From positions 12,462,001-12,526,000 of the forward strand of contig OX597830.1 of NCBI GenBank assembly GCA_951406725.2: DNA of 64,000 nt, written 5' to 3'. Source of the DNA: Octopus vulgaris. Lineage: Eukaryota. The translations under genes were made by a program, and so were the position numbers. Shown here piece after piece: positions 51,386 through 64,000 of the stretch; the first letter of the stretch is position 1; each line of letters opens with the position of its first letter. The notes beneath the pieces are model-generated. The model was not told the origin of the DNA, searched no databases, and saw only the letters and a program-made list of their open reading frames with translations.

Positions 51386-51740
51386 TGTGTGTGTATGTTT
51401 GTGCGTGTGTAGCCTTTTTTAAGATATCACTTAAATGAACACAATTTTGATCGGTTAAGATGGTCACGAAATCCAGCGTCGAATTTGATTACTTCTTCGA
51501 GATGGTAGTGTGTTGGGGTCACGTAAGTATATGAATAATAATTACGCCAAAAGTTATACTGTGGTATTTCAGTGAATGTATCATGTATGAATAACAATTC
51601 TGCGTTATGTGCACGTTTAATGTCACGTGAGACGGTGGAAACCAAAAGACAGGCGGTATTAATTCAACGTGTATGAACAATAAGTTGTCAAAAAAGCTAA
51701 AGGTATGGAAATTAGATTACTCGCTTGCATGCTTGTTGTA

Positions 51741-52065
51741 CAAAGACTCCGCCGGTTACGACGACGAGGGTCCCAGCTGATCCGATCAACGGAACAGCTT
51801 GCTCGTGAAATTAACGTGCAAATGGCTGAGCATTCCACAGACACGTGTACCCTTAACGTAGTTCTCGGGGATAATCAGCGTGACACAGAGAGTGACAAGG
51901 CTGACCCTTTGAAATACAAGTACAACTCATTTTTGCCAGCTGAGTGGACTGGAGCAACGTGAAATAAAGTGTTTTGCTCAAGGACACAACGCGTCGCCGG
52001 GAATCGAACTCACAACCTTACGATCATGAGCCGAATGCCCTAACCACTAAGCCACGCGCCCTCAC
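51741..52065 (-). mobile_element. tRNA-derived SINE (different head, family C tail) with 10-bp TSD
   Basis: TSD GCTTGTTGTA at 51731-51740 and 52066-52075; A box TGGCTTAGTGG, B box GAGTTCGATTCCC on minus. Confidence 0.9.
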
Positions 52066-52549
52066 GCTTGTTGTATATATATGTGTGTAAATGGTTATCT
52101 CTGCTTGTGTTCGAGTGCGTGAATTATAGCAACGCAATATCTTGGTCACTTAGTTCTTAGTGAATGTACTAGTTTGATATGGTGTTATAGATTCTTCAAT
52201 CGTGGATTGTAGTTTTTCATAAACATATTTTAGTCACTTTTCTGTATTTGATTTCGCAATATAGTTTTCTAAGGAGGAAGCTAAATTGGGCAGATGTGGG
52301 ATTTCAGTGATTTTGTTTTGTCACGCATGAATTTAAAATATTCACTTAGTAGAAACTCTAGTATTTGCTGCCAATATATAGTCAATTTGTTGCTCAAAAG
52401 TTTCAATTGTACTGTGTCACTTCGTTACGACTATTGATTTTAACCACATAAATTATACTTATTTCACAAGCAAATCAAAGAGATTTTCAGAGACTGAAAA
52501 TATGTCCCCGATATTTTTTCTGTCGACCTATATTTATTGAATCGCAGAA

Positions 52550-52826
<277 letters not shown>

Positions 52827-52899
52827 TATAATTGCTTATAGGAAATTACCGGTCCAAGAGATCAGAGTTAAGTGGATAAGGATAAGTTCTAAAGAAATA

Positions 52900-54050
52900 T
52901 AGTAAAAGAAACCCTGCTGTTTTGGACATTGCAATAATAAAATGAGACATGAATATTGAAACTGACATCTACTTGAAACCTACAAACGCAAAAGAATATT
53001 TATAATTTCCTTCTTGGCACCCGAAACATTCAAGAACAAATATACCATTTAATTTGGTAAGAAGAATTTGAAAAATTACATCCACTTTAGAAATTCGGCA
53101 TAGACAACTTCAAGAATATTGCTCGAAAAATTGTACTCAGCAACATTAATTGGCAACGGAATAGAACATCCCAAATCGATTGATATTCAAGAATTACAGA
53201 GCTCTGAAGATGCTTCATAGACTCTCTATACTTTGTTTCATGTATCAACACACAATACAGAAGCTTTTAACATCATTCATCCGAATACACCATTTTTAAA
53301 GAGAGACTTTGAACTGAAAATGGTACTCGAAATAGAATAAATAACAAAAAAGTAAAAGAAATTCAAAATAATTTAAGAACTCACAAAACAGCGCCAGACA
53401 ATTCCAGCAGGCAAAAAGGGTGGACATTTTAATCTTAAAGAGGCAACTTGTGAATTTAAAACGGGACTGATATTTATCGTAAGTTATATATACACTTGCA
53501 CGTCCGTAACTGTGGAGGCACATGGCCTAGTGGTTAGAGCAGCGGACTCGCGGTCGAGGGATCGTGGGTTCAAATCTCAGACCGGGCGATGTGTGTGTTT
53601 ATGAGCGAAACACCTAAGCTCCACGCGCCCCCGGCAGGAGATAATGGCGAACTGCTGCTGACTCTTTCGGCACAACCTTCTCTCACTCTTTCCTCCTGCA
53701 TCTAGCAGCTCACCTGCGACGGACCGGTGTCCCGTCCAGGTGGGGAACATATACGCCATGGAAACCGGGAAACCGGTCCTTATGAGCCAGGTATGGCTCG
53801 AGAAGGAACATCCGTAACTGATGTAATGAGTACAACAGGATAAATGGGGTTAATTCTAAAGAGAAGATTAACTTACGTACTCAGTGTTTATTACATACAT
53901 AAGTGAAAATTAGACATATGTCCAGCGTATAAAATATCTAAATATCAAGTTTTTTCATTGTCTGAATATGCTGGAAATATTATTAATAAAACATGGAGGG
54001 ATAAAGAAGGTACATTAATCAATAGAAAGGTAGAAGTTGCTATGCAAAGT
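52900..54050 (+). mobile_element. Penelope-like element remnant (RT C-terminus/thumb and GIY-YIG region), interrupted by a SINE
   Basis: FLDIAIIK..NIETDIYLKPTNAKEYL.FPSWHPKHSRTNIPFNLVRRI; later VSTHN, YTCTS, CNEY..G..G..LKRR. Confidence 0.8.
53513..53810 (+). mobile_element. tRNA-derived SINE (family C head, different tail) with 10-bp TSD
   Basis: TSD TCCGTAACTG at 53503-53512 and 53811-53820; TGGCCTAGTGGTTAGAGCAGCGGACTCGCGGTC...GGTTCAAATCTC. Confidence 0.92.
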
Positions 54051-54326
54051 CAATCAACGCTGATATGCCTGCATTTTGAGCAAAGACATATAAAGGTAAT
54101 CCTTTACGTTGCTCTAATCATGATTAATCATAATTGTTGTGAAGGCAATTGGGAAAATGTGGAAATAGGTAAAAATGTCTAAGTGCATTTTTACTATGCA
54201 TTAGGAAATAAAATACAACATACATGTATTTGTATGTGCGTGCGTATAAGTATACACAAGTATGTATTGAAAGTACACGTGTGTATTAGTCTGTACATGG
54301 TTGCAGAAATATAAATTCGTACTTAC

Positions 54327-54402
54327 CTATTATTTCGAAATCACTATTTCTTATTGGCTTACAAAGGATACTCCTGGTATGAAATCCTGTCATCTTATCA
54401 AC
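54327..54402 (-). CDS. PDE11A: PDE11A-like phosphodiesterase, internal exon (GAF-B): VDKMTGFHTRSILCKPIRNSDFEII(G)
   Basis: Minus strand ttgttttcag|GTTGAT...ATAATAG|gtaagt; 76 nt, phase 0 to 1; resembles PDE GAF-B segment D..GF..RS.LC.PI.N....IIG; joins next exon in frame. Confidence 0.9.
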
Positions 54403-54571
54403 CTGAAAACAAAAACAAAAAAAAAATAATAAATAATAATAAACAAAAGAGACCTGAATAGACATGTAAATGTGAAAAAATTATTTATACTGAAAGTGAA
54501 GAAACTGTCAAATGAAATGTATGCTTCCTTGGTCGCCATTCTCAAATATATGTGTGTACTTCCGTAGCTTA

Positions 54572-54653
<82 letters not shown>

Positions 54654-55759
54654 TTATATATATAATTTTTCCGTAGTGAGATAAAAAAAAAAAACACAAG
54701 GCTGTGTAGATTTTAGAACATTTATAGATAGGTCTTGCAAGATATTTATTATATATTGTTTCCAGGATATTTATTATATTCCTTCATCGGAGACGGTGTG
54801 AGAGGATGGTTAAGTAATGCTTAATTTAGATAAGATACAAAATAGAGAGTGAGGTGGAGGAAAGAAAATAGATGTGAGATATGTAGGGATATTGCATTTG
54901 TAGATCCATTTTTTAGGCAGAATGGTATACATATTAGATTCCAATACCTTTTGAGTAAAATCCAGTAGTATTTAAAATAGGTCATTCCAAATATAGAGTT
55001 TATACACAGTGTTATTGAATTAGAGTTTTATTTTAAGTGACCTAAAAATAGGGAGTGTATTAGTAGGGTCAAATCGAAAACAGGAAGAAAGGAATAAAGA
55101 AAGAGAAAAAGAAGAGAAAAAAGAGAAAAAGAGGGAAGAAGAAGAAAGTAACAAGAAAAGTAATAAAATAATAAAATAATTAAAAAACAGTAGAGAAATA
55201 AAGGAAAGAAAGAAAAAGAAAAAGAAAACAAATATATAGATAAGGGAAAGCGTACCAGTTAGTGATCAGTGGAGATAATTTGAAAGTGGGGAGATAAAGG
55301 GTGATAGAGAGAGAGAAAAGTATTAGAGTGTATAAATATAGATGGAATGTGGCGGGGGGGGGATAAAAGGTAGAGGAGTGACAAATGTGTAGCGATAGAG
55401 TCTAAGTGATAGAGTCTACTTCTTCGAAACGCGGAGATGAAACAGGTACAACTGATGAAGGAGAATATTCTTTATGTTGCATTTCTCGTTTCTCTGATTT
55501 TTTTTCGTTGTTCGTTTTCTATGTTTTGGTTTTGATGTTTTCGTTTCTCTTTGTGTTCAACATTTTTTTTATGTCCTGTACCCATATATGCATGTATTTA
55601 TACATATATATGTAGGTATGTACATATATGTATGTATATATGCATATATTTATATATTATTTATATTATTATATGTATATATTATATACATATATATGTT
55701 TATAAGAATATATATAAATATATATCTATATTTTTTTTTATCTAGTTTCAGCTCACAAG

Positions 55760-55920
55760 CTGTGTGTCACACTTTAAATTCAGTGCCTTTGAGAAGCATC
55801 ATGACTGCCTCAACTATTTCTTTGAAGATTCCATCAATTTGTGGCGTTTGTTGCATCATAACTCTGTGAACAGAGCCAAAAGCTTTTGGGAAATCGAAGA
55901 TTAACAGAATACCATTCTGA
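55760..55920 (-). mobile_element. Short LINE RT fragment (RTE-like)
   Basis: IFDFPKAFGSVHR (DFSKAFDSVHR) followed by GI.KEIVEAVMML. Confidence 0.55.
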
Positions 55921-56086
55921 TATATCTCAGAAGGCTAGGCGTTTCAATACCATATACAAGAACCATATCATCATAGAAATCCCGAACGTAAATAATGTCG
56001 CGTTCAAATTAACACTCCTTGTTGCTATATGTAACGACGAAGAGTAATAAATTGAACGTAGAGACATGTACGGTGGTGGGGAGATA

Positions 56087-56200
56087 GAATGGTTATATAC
56101 TGTCAATCTAACACGAACGTGACAGTAGGGGGGTACACCACCGCTGTTTAGCCCTAGGAAGCATCGACGCCTCCTGATGGCTTTGACACATTTTTCCTGC
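56087..56200 (-). mobile_element. Second, 5'-truncated copy of the 2941-3194 element (3' domain only)
   Basis: Shares AATGTGTCAAAG..CAGGA(A/G)GCGTCGATGCTTCCTAGGGCTAAACAGCGGTGGTGTA...ACTGTCACGTT...TTG(G/A)CAGTATA(C/T)AACCA with 3085-3194. Confidence 0.85.
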
Positions 56201-57504
56201 ATAGGATAAATAGGGTGAGGAAGTCCAGAAGCAGAGAGTTAGCTCAAAGAACGCTCGAAATCGAATGACAAACAATAACAGAGATAAGGAATATGTTTGT
56301 ATATATGTATGTGTATATATGTGTATGCTTGTATGTATGTAATTATGAGTGCGCGTTCGTGTGCAAGTGCGTTTGTGTGCGACTGGATTTTAAAAAGTAT
56401 TAAATATATGTAGAACTTATTCATAGGTATGACATGATTTTACTGTAAAATAGAGGCGACATGTCGCAAATATTTTCAACTAGAAATACTTCACAATAAA
56501 AATAGAGTTGTCAATAGCAAAAATCAAACGAATGTTCTCATACTTGCTGACTTCAGATGTAGTCTTAGCAATACAAACATAAATGCATCATTCTCGTGCA
56601 TCATTAAATATAGGCGATCAGACAAAATGGTTTTATTTCCTCAAAGGTAAACGTATCCCAGTAACGACATCTTACTTCTTTTATCTTAGCAGTAGAAATG
56701 AAAATCTCAGCAGATTTTTTACTTTCTTTCAGTTCTGTGATATTTACGCATGATACATAAATATTTACAGGATTTAGTCTAAAAGGCCATAACCCGAATA
56801 ACGTAAATCTATAATACGGAAAATATTTATAAATTGAAACTTTTACTTTTATTTTCTTTCTTAGATTATAATATCATAAATATCCCGATCAAACACAAAA
56901 TTAAACAGAATAACCGATCGAGATTCTCTGAAAGGTCATGTAATGTTAGATCAATATAGAGTTAATATGACAGTGGTTGTATTAGTTTTGAACGAAATTC
57001 ATAGCCTTGGATAATCACTGGTGCACAACAGAAATACAATCTTTAGTTATTCTGTAGAGGTCAAATATTTCCATCACCTTTCTCTCTGCTTATTCCTTGA
57101 TGTTGTTCAAGTCTATTCTTCGTGACGTTCCCTAATCCTAGTAGTTTATAGAATTTCAAAAAGAGACGCATTCGAAAACGGTAGCCCATTTTCCTTTCGA
57201 ATCGGTTTCTCTCTCATACACACAAACAAACAACCATATGTGTTGCATGCGTTATGTAAGTATATGTCTAGTGGATCACAAATTGGTACAAGAAGCATAA
57301 GATAAATAGGGTGAGGAAGTCCAGAAGCAGAGAGTTAGCTCAAAGAACGCTCGAAATCGAATGACAAACAATAACAGAGATAAGGAATATGTTTGTATAT
57401 ATGTATGTGTATATGTGTGTATGCTTGTATGTATGTAATTATGAATGAACGTATGTATATATGTATGTGTGAGTGCGCGTTCGTGTGCAAGTGCGTTTGT
57501 GTGC
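56199..57504. repeat. Dispersed direct duplication ~180-200 bp (56199-56380 and 57295-57504)
   Basis: GATAAATAGGGTGAGGAAGTCCAGAAGCAGAGAGTTAGCTCAAAGAACGCTCG... identical in both. Confidence 0.9.
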
Positions 57505-57625
57505 CGAAAGTGAGAACTGTAAGCCATTGCTATAATTTCTCCGATGCCGTGTATTCCTCTCTTTCTCTGGATTGTTGATATATATACATATTTGTGTGTG
57601 TGTGTGTGTGAGTGTGAGTGTGTGC

Positions 57626-57665
<40 letters not shown>

Positions 57666-57694
57666 CACGCACAAACAGACGTACACACGTGTTT

Positions 57695-57922
<228 letters not shown>

Positions 57923-58305
57923 CTCGACTAACGAATGTATTCCACCTACTTTTCAAATAGAAATTTACGCAGAATTTTTCTTCATTATTGAAAAAAATAT
58001 ATATACTTATTTAAAATGCTGTAGGCCTCTGATGTTCCTACACATATGGAAATATCTTTTGAACAAAAGTGAAATACAATTCCTTCAAAAAAATATTTAG
58101 TTTATGAAGCAAATAAAAATAAGAACAAATAAAAACTAAATACATAACTGTGTTAATTTTTTATTTTCATAAAAAGGATATAAAAGATTAGCTACTTAAA
58201 TTTCTTCTCACGAACCTCTAATACCTTCTTATAGCTTTGTAGCATTACTCGTACAGGTGTCTCAACTCCATTTAAAATTTGCATAGTTTTCTGATATTTA
58301 CTATA

Positions 58306-58608
58306 AGGCTGCGATTCTCAACCATTTTTTTTTTAATCTATGGACCCCCTCAGTTACTATTCTGTTCTGGCGGACCCCCATAGCTATTCGACGTTTAAAA
58401 ACTAATTTTATAGATACTTCTTTCAAAATGACTATTTTGTTCATTACATATTAACTTGTGTAGGTTGAGCTATGGAATACAGCGAGAGAAACCTTGCTGT
58501 TTTTTGCGATAAATAGCAACATTTTTTTCATGCCCCCACAATTTATCCAATTACTTCCGTGGACCCCACTAAAAAAATCTTATATGAAACCCGGATGAGA
58601 ACCAAGGT
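58306..58608. mobile_element. Degraded hAT-type MITE
   Basis: Ends GCTGCGATTCTCAACC / GGATGAGAACCAAGG resemble CAGTGGTTCTCAACC TIRs; subterminal GGACCCC repeats. Confidence 0.55.
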
Positions 58609-59344
58609 TCTAAACTATCCTTTATATATGACAAAGACTTTTCGATAAGATCTCTCTCTCGCTAAACCAGTTTGATTTGAGTCTGTTCTTCGCTATCTGA
58701 TGTAGACACTATTAACAGCTTAAATTCCCAGTAAATTAGGATTTCATAATCAACCTGCATTAAATCTTGAATACCATCTGCATATACCTCCTGTGTTATT
58801 CTATATTTATATTTGAATACAGTTTTGTCCAAACTACAATGAGCCGTATGTTTACTTTTTTCCAGCCAACTTCAGAACTTTAAATTTTTGCATAATGTAA
58901 TTTTTTCAGAATACTTTGACTAATCGATGTTCGTCATCAATCACTATAATTAAATAATTCCAATATAATTTACTTTGTGAACGGAAACATCTTCTTGATC
59001 AGAAGAAATGTTTGGTGAAATGAAATAAACATCAAGTGGATAAATTTAGTGAAAATCAAGATCTGAAGAATACATTACAAAAAAAGAAAAAAAAAAGAAA
59101 GAATGAAGTAAAGAAAGAAAAAACATAAGTGCTTTGTGTTCGAAGTTATTCTTTTCAAAGTAACGTTTGATAAGAGGACAGAAATATTTAAAGAAACGAC
59201 TATTTAAAGATAGCATTTTTGTTAGACTTCAGTGTAACAGACAGACTAGATTTGGAGATCTTCCATTGCTCTTGGAGTATCACAATGGAAAATAAGCAGT
59301 TGCTTAATTTGTAAGTCCCTAGGGACATTTATTCTTAACAACTT

Positions 59345-59455
59345 TTATCTTTCAGGGTCGATAAAATAAGTACCAGTTGAACATTATGGTCGATGTAATC
59401 AACTTACACTCTCCTCCGAAACTGCTGGCCTTGTGCCAAAATTTAAAATCAATAT
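59345..59455 (+). mobile_element. Partial SINE family A
   Basis: CAGGGTCGATAAAATAAGTACCAGTTG...GGCCTTGTGCCAAAATTT. Confidence 0.7.
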
Positions 59456-60443
59456 TATTCTAGGTATTTAGGACATGTTCGATCTGCGATCTGCTGATTT
59501 ATTCTGAGCGTCACATAACGTTTACAATGTTTACCTACATTTCTATCGATTATGATGTGGGTTATACATGTGATGTCTCTTAAACTATTGAGTTTTTAAA
59601 TTATTGTATTGTTACCACTTTGAATTGTTTCGGTTCTTTTGAAGGTTTTGAGGGTAATTTTTGTGATTTTGTGCTTTTTCATATGGCCTAAAATATTTTC
59701 AATCGTGCATTTTAAACAATTTTTGTGTCTTTCTATCTATTTTGTTTATTTTCAATGCATCCGGTCAATAACACTCAACAAATGTTTTGATCCTAGTCTT
59801 TCATACTAAATTCTCTCTACTTTCTCTAATACAAGCTTTCAAATCGCCTTTACCTCCATTTATACGAGTATGTGTGAGTGTGTGTGTGTGTGTGTGTGTG
59901 CTCGGGTGTGTGGGTGGTTAGATAGATAGATAAATAGTTAGATAGACAGACTGATAGCTCGCTAGCTACATATGTATGTATGTATGCATGGATGGATGGA
60001 TGGATGGGTAGGTGGGTGGATTGGTGGATGGATGGATGGATTGATGGATGGATGGGTGGATGGATGTATGGGTGGATGGTTGGATGGGTGGATGGATGGA
60101 TGGTTGGGTGGATGGATGTAATACATCGGAAAGTTTTATAATGTATCAATATAGCTAAGCGACATATCTAAGTTTACCTTGCTCCACTCAACTCCTTTTG
60201 TAGTATTACCATTTCTTTTTTCTTACATAAACTCCCTTCCACTCCCTTCCACTCCCTTCCACTCCCTTTTCAATAATCCAAACTTATTTATTTATTTGTG
60301 ATACCCATTTGTAATTGTTTTATATTTTTAAAATGTTTTTAAATTTTCAGTTTTTTAAATTTTTATGTATCACTTTTTCTATCTTTGTTTCTTAAATTCT
60401 AATATGAATTCTGCTGGAAATTTTTCCTCGGCTGCAAATATTT

Positions 60444-60675
60444 GATTCTTTATTACCCACAAGGGGCTAAACATCGAGGGGACGAACAAGAACAGACAAA
60501 TGGATTAAGTCGATTACATCGACCCCAGTGCGTAGCTGGTACTTAATTTATCGACCCCGAAAGGATGAAAGGCAAAGTCGACCTCGGCAAAATTTGAACT
60601 CAGAACGTAACGGCGGACGAAAGACGGCTACGCATTTCGCCCGGCGTGCTAACGTTTCTGCCAGCTCGCCGCCTT
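60444..60675 (-). mobile_element. Full-length SINE family A with 16-bp TSD
   Basis: TSD TCGGCTGCAAATATTT at 60428-60443 and 60676-60691. Confidence 0.93.
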
Positions 60676-60767
60676 TCGGCTGCAAATATTTTAACTATTT
60701 CCCTGTGCCAAAACATAGAGATTCGTCTTATTCAATCCTTTTTGTTGCATATATGGGTCATCGTTAA

Positions 60768-60911
60768 CATACATACACACATACATACATACATACATAC
60801 ATACATACACATACATACATACATACATGCACACACACATACATACATACAAACATACATACATACATACATACATACATACATACATACATACATACAT
60901 ACATACATACA

Positions 60912-60945
<34 letters not shown>

Positions 60946-61036
60946 CATGCATGCATGCATACATACATACATACATACATACATACATACATACATACAT
61001 ACGTACGTACATACATACATACATTCATACATACAT
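60768..61036. repeat. (ACAT)n microsatellite
   Basis: Directly visible. Confidence 0.97.
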
Positions 61037-61387
61037 ATTTGTATAATCCAACAGATTCTATTAATTTTGAAATGTAATAAACCCTGTTCATTCAGCCTTA
61101 AATGTTTATTTGATTCTAATAATTCCCACTGCGCTATATATTTAAGCATTTATAAACCGTTGTGTTATTCCAGAGGTTCACTTCTGCTTGATGATTGATT
61201 ACCTGAACGTGTGAATAACACATTGTGGAGTTTTTCACATTCAGGGAAAAATATTTCTACTCTATCTTTGATATTCGAATAGTATTTTTCCATCTAATTC
61301 ATTACACACCTCTCCCAATCTTCCTCTCTCTCTCTCTCTTCGCACTCACTTTATGAGTGTGTGTTCTTGTGTGTGTTGTGTGTGTGT

Positions 61388-61456
<69 letters not shown>

Positions 61457-61608
61457 TAACAAGTTTGCTTTCCAACCACATGGTTCCGGGTTCAGACCCA
61501 CTACGTTGTTCCATTTTATCCTGAAACTATGGATTTGGCCGATGGAAACTGAATATATATATATATATATATATGATATATATCATATAAAGTTTGCACG
61601 AAGAAGTC

Positions 61609-63375
61609 AGAATCTGTCATCTTTAACAGACGTTTGAATGGCAGTTTCGGAGAAAAAACGAATGTAAAAAGGCCATCCTAACTTACAATTTATCACTTAC
61701 ATTAACACCAGCACTGACACATTCACCAAGATCCCAACAACATAACCACGATAACAGACACAAAAGAAAGCACCAAAACAAAACAAATAATGATGAAAAG
61801 CAACAACAATCACAACGGCAACTCATGTAGCTGAGTACAGAACCTGAATTTCTTATCAACTTCACAATTGTTCGCAAGTGCAACCGCGAGCTGGTGCCGG
61901 AAATAACGTGTAATGCAGGCATTCTTACAAAGGAGTAGGGCTTCAGCGAACTTTTATCCAAATAAAACTGGAATCGCTTGAAAAGATCCTCAAGCTCATT
62001 GAACTTCTGAACGGAGCACAAATCCAGGTCGTGGTGGAAAGCAGGAAACCGAGATTCCACACTTACGGGTCTCGCATTTGAATGCCCTCTGTCCACAATA
62101 ACGACAAACACTACCGCCACTACAAGTACTGCATCCAAAAAACCAAAAGTTGCAGCAACAATCCCTGCAACAACAACAACCTATGAAGCAACAAGCTCAA
62201 CAGCAGGATTATATCACAACAACGACACCGACAGCTATTGCAGCGGAAACAAACAGCGCTCAACCATCCCTACAGATTGGCGATAGAAATATACCATTTA
62301 ATCCTGAAACTGTGGATTTAGAAACCTTAGTTTGAGAAGGAATTGAATCTGTCACAAAAGACTTATGTCGGAGAAAAAAAAACGAATGAACGGTTAAAAA
62401 AAGGCCGTCCTAACTTACAATTAATCACCTACGTTAACACCAGCACTGACACATTCACCAAGATCCTAACAAAAAAAACCACGATAATAGACACAAAAGA
62501 AAGCACAAAAATGATGAAAAACAACAACAATCACAACTCATGTAGCTGAGTACAGAACTTGAATTTCTTATCAACTTCACAATTGTTCGCAAGTGCAACC
62601 GCGAGCTAATGCCGGAAATAACGAGTAACACAAGCATTCTTACAAAAGAGTAGGGCTCAACGAACTTTTATCGAAAACTCCCCGTGACAGACAATTAATA
62701 AAAACGGGGATTTGGAGAAGCAGATCGAAGCTGTCGGACGGCGTCGTTGAACGTTGGACTGACGCTTCAGTTAAACTACTCTGGGTGGTTCGAGCTTGAC
62801 CTCCAGATAGATAAGAACTGTAACGAGGTGACGAACAAGATAGTCAGTCTTAACTTGAAATAAGCTGAGAGGAAGTTATCCCTAAAAGGTCGAGTAGCGG
62901 TGGCGAATACCTACATCGCTTTCATCATTTATCGTCCAACCGTCGTGTCCTGCCGAAATGTTCCAACAGCCAGGCGGTCAGTCTGCTGCCAGTTGCCGAT
63001 CCGTGGCGGCTTAGGCATGCTGTGGATTCTGATACGCAGACACATGCTCTGGTTGCACCATGTACAACGGTGAGTGTCTGTGGGTTCCGCTGTGAAGCAA
63101 GTCTTTCCACAGCACATCTCCTTGACAAACTGCAGTCTTGACCGAAGAAAAGACAAAGACTGGGTGCCTTGCACCTAGGATGTCATCAGACATTCACAGC
63201 CCTCTGCCAGTCGGGCAATGGGATCAGTCGATCTTCCACTTTAGTGATATATAGAATATTAGTGATAGAAAAGTATAAGGACGTTGTCGGTGAGACTCTG
63301 GGCGTCAACGAAAACGAGCAGGCTAGTCTGTTCCGAAGTACTTTCCTGTGGGAGACTACCATGGACATTTCCTGC
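61609..63375 (+). mobile_element. Degraded L1/Tx1-clade LINE (ORF1 and post-RT ORF2 remnants) with ~330-bp internal duplication
   Basis: IQVVVESRKPR (pre-zinc-knuckle ORF1-like); VKLL.WF..DLQIDKN...ERKLSLKGRVAVANTYI and RGGLGM; 61609-61960 duplicated at 62345-62672. Confidence 0.65.
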
Positions 63376-64000
63376 TTTCTTGTAACTGTTGTACACTATG
63401 TATACTTCTATTCCTTGTTTCACTGTATACCGGGTATACTTTGTATGTGTGTGTGTGTGTACGTGTGTGTGCATGTATAAAATTTATCGATTACACATAG
63501 ATTGTGTATGTGCTTTGTTTATAAGCCTAATTTCTGTGGAACAACGTCTGGGATAGTTCCCTGAACAGCGCTGAAATGCTAAAGAACACCTGAATATCAT
63601 AGACTAAGCGAGATGACTCGCCCCGTATCGAATTCAGAAGGCGAAATATCAGTATCTCCGATATTCCGCCATTATTGACACCACGCATCTGAATTGAACT
63701 GAGATGAATCACTCTACTGGTCTATGACTTATATACATATAGAGTGAAATCCATTTTGCTGATGTCTCGCGGTTAAGGTACATGTGAAAGTAAATGACGA
63801 ATTGAAAGCAGTTACGGTAATGTAAACATTCTCGATTGCACATACATCGTGTATGTGCTTTGTTTATGCGCAATAGAGTCTAGGATAGGCACATCAGCAA
63901 ATAGATTCCACTCTATTTGTATATAAATCATATACCAGGGGAAGGATTCGTTTCGGTTCCATTCAGGCACGTGGTATTAATAAGCCATAATCATTACAAA

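Noticed and set aside
53513-53585. tRNA genes at SINE heads (also 41510-41585, 43905-43979, 51995-52065, 16935-17000)
   Set aside because: A/B boxes present but no complete cloverleaf or acceptor stem; they continue into SINE bodies with TSDs

Overview
AT-rich, repeat-dense animal genomic DNA. The SINE families, microsatellite load and TE mix suggest an octopod cephalopod (inference, not verified). The window is almost entirely intronic to one minus-strand gene that the ORF track largely misses. Five small GT-AG exons (54327-54402, 39666-39733, 10458-10550, 8706-8756, 2654-2800) splice in frame into 145 codons of a PDE11A-like cyclic-nucleotide phosphodiesterase (GAF-B end, linker, start of catalytic domain). 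The introns hold tRNA-derived SINEs (several with exact TSDs) and remnants of RTE, R4/Dong, Tx1, CR1/L2 and Penelope-like retroelements. They also hold a decayed Gypsy element with a nested Helitron, mariner/Tc1, Chapaev3, hAT and Merlin-like DNA elements, many foldbacks and long microsatellites. Most interesting: a 254-bp TSD-flanked non-coding element (2941-3194) whose 5' half folds into a ~50-bp rod capped by a type I hammerhead ribozyme, and whose 3' half recurs at 56087-56200 with structure-compatible substitutions (a candidate ribozyme-bearing retroposon or retrozyme). Also notable are two minimal hammerheads, several permuted hammerhead-like motifs, and a Merlin-like family carrying telomeric repeats or an amplified modular array. 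All calls are by eye, and TE boundaries are approximate unless TSDs/TIRs are cited.
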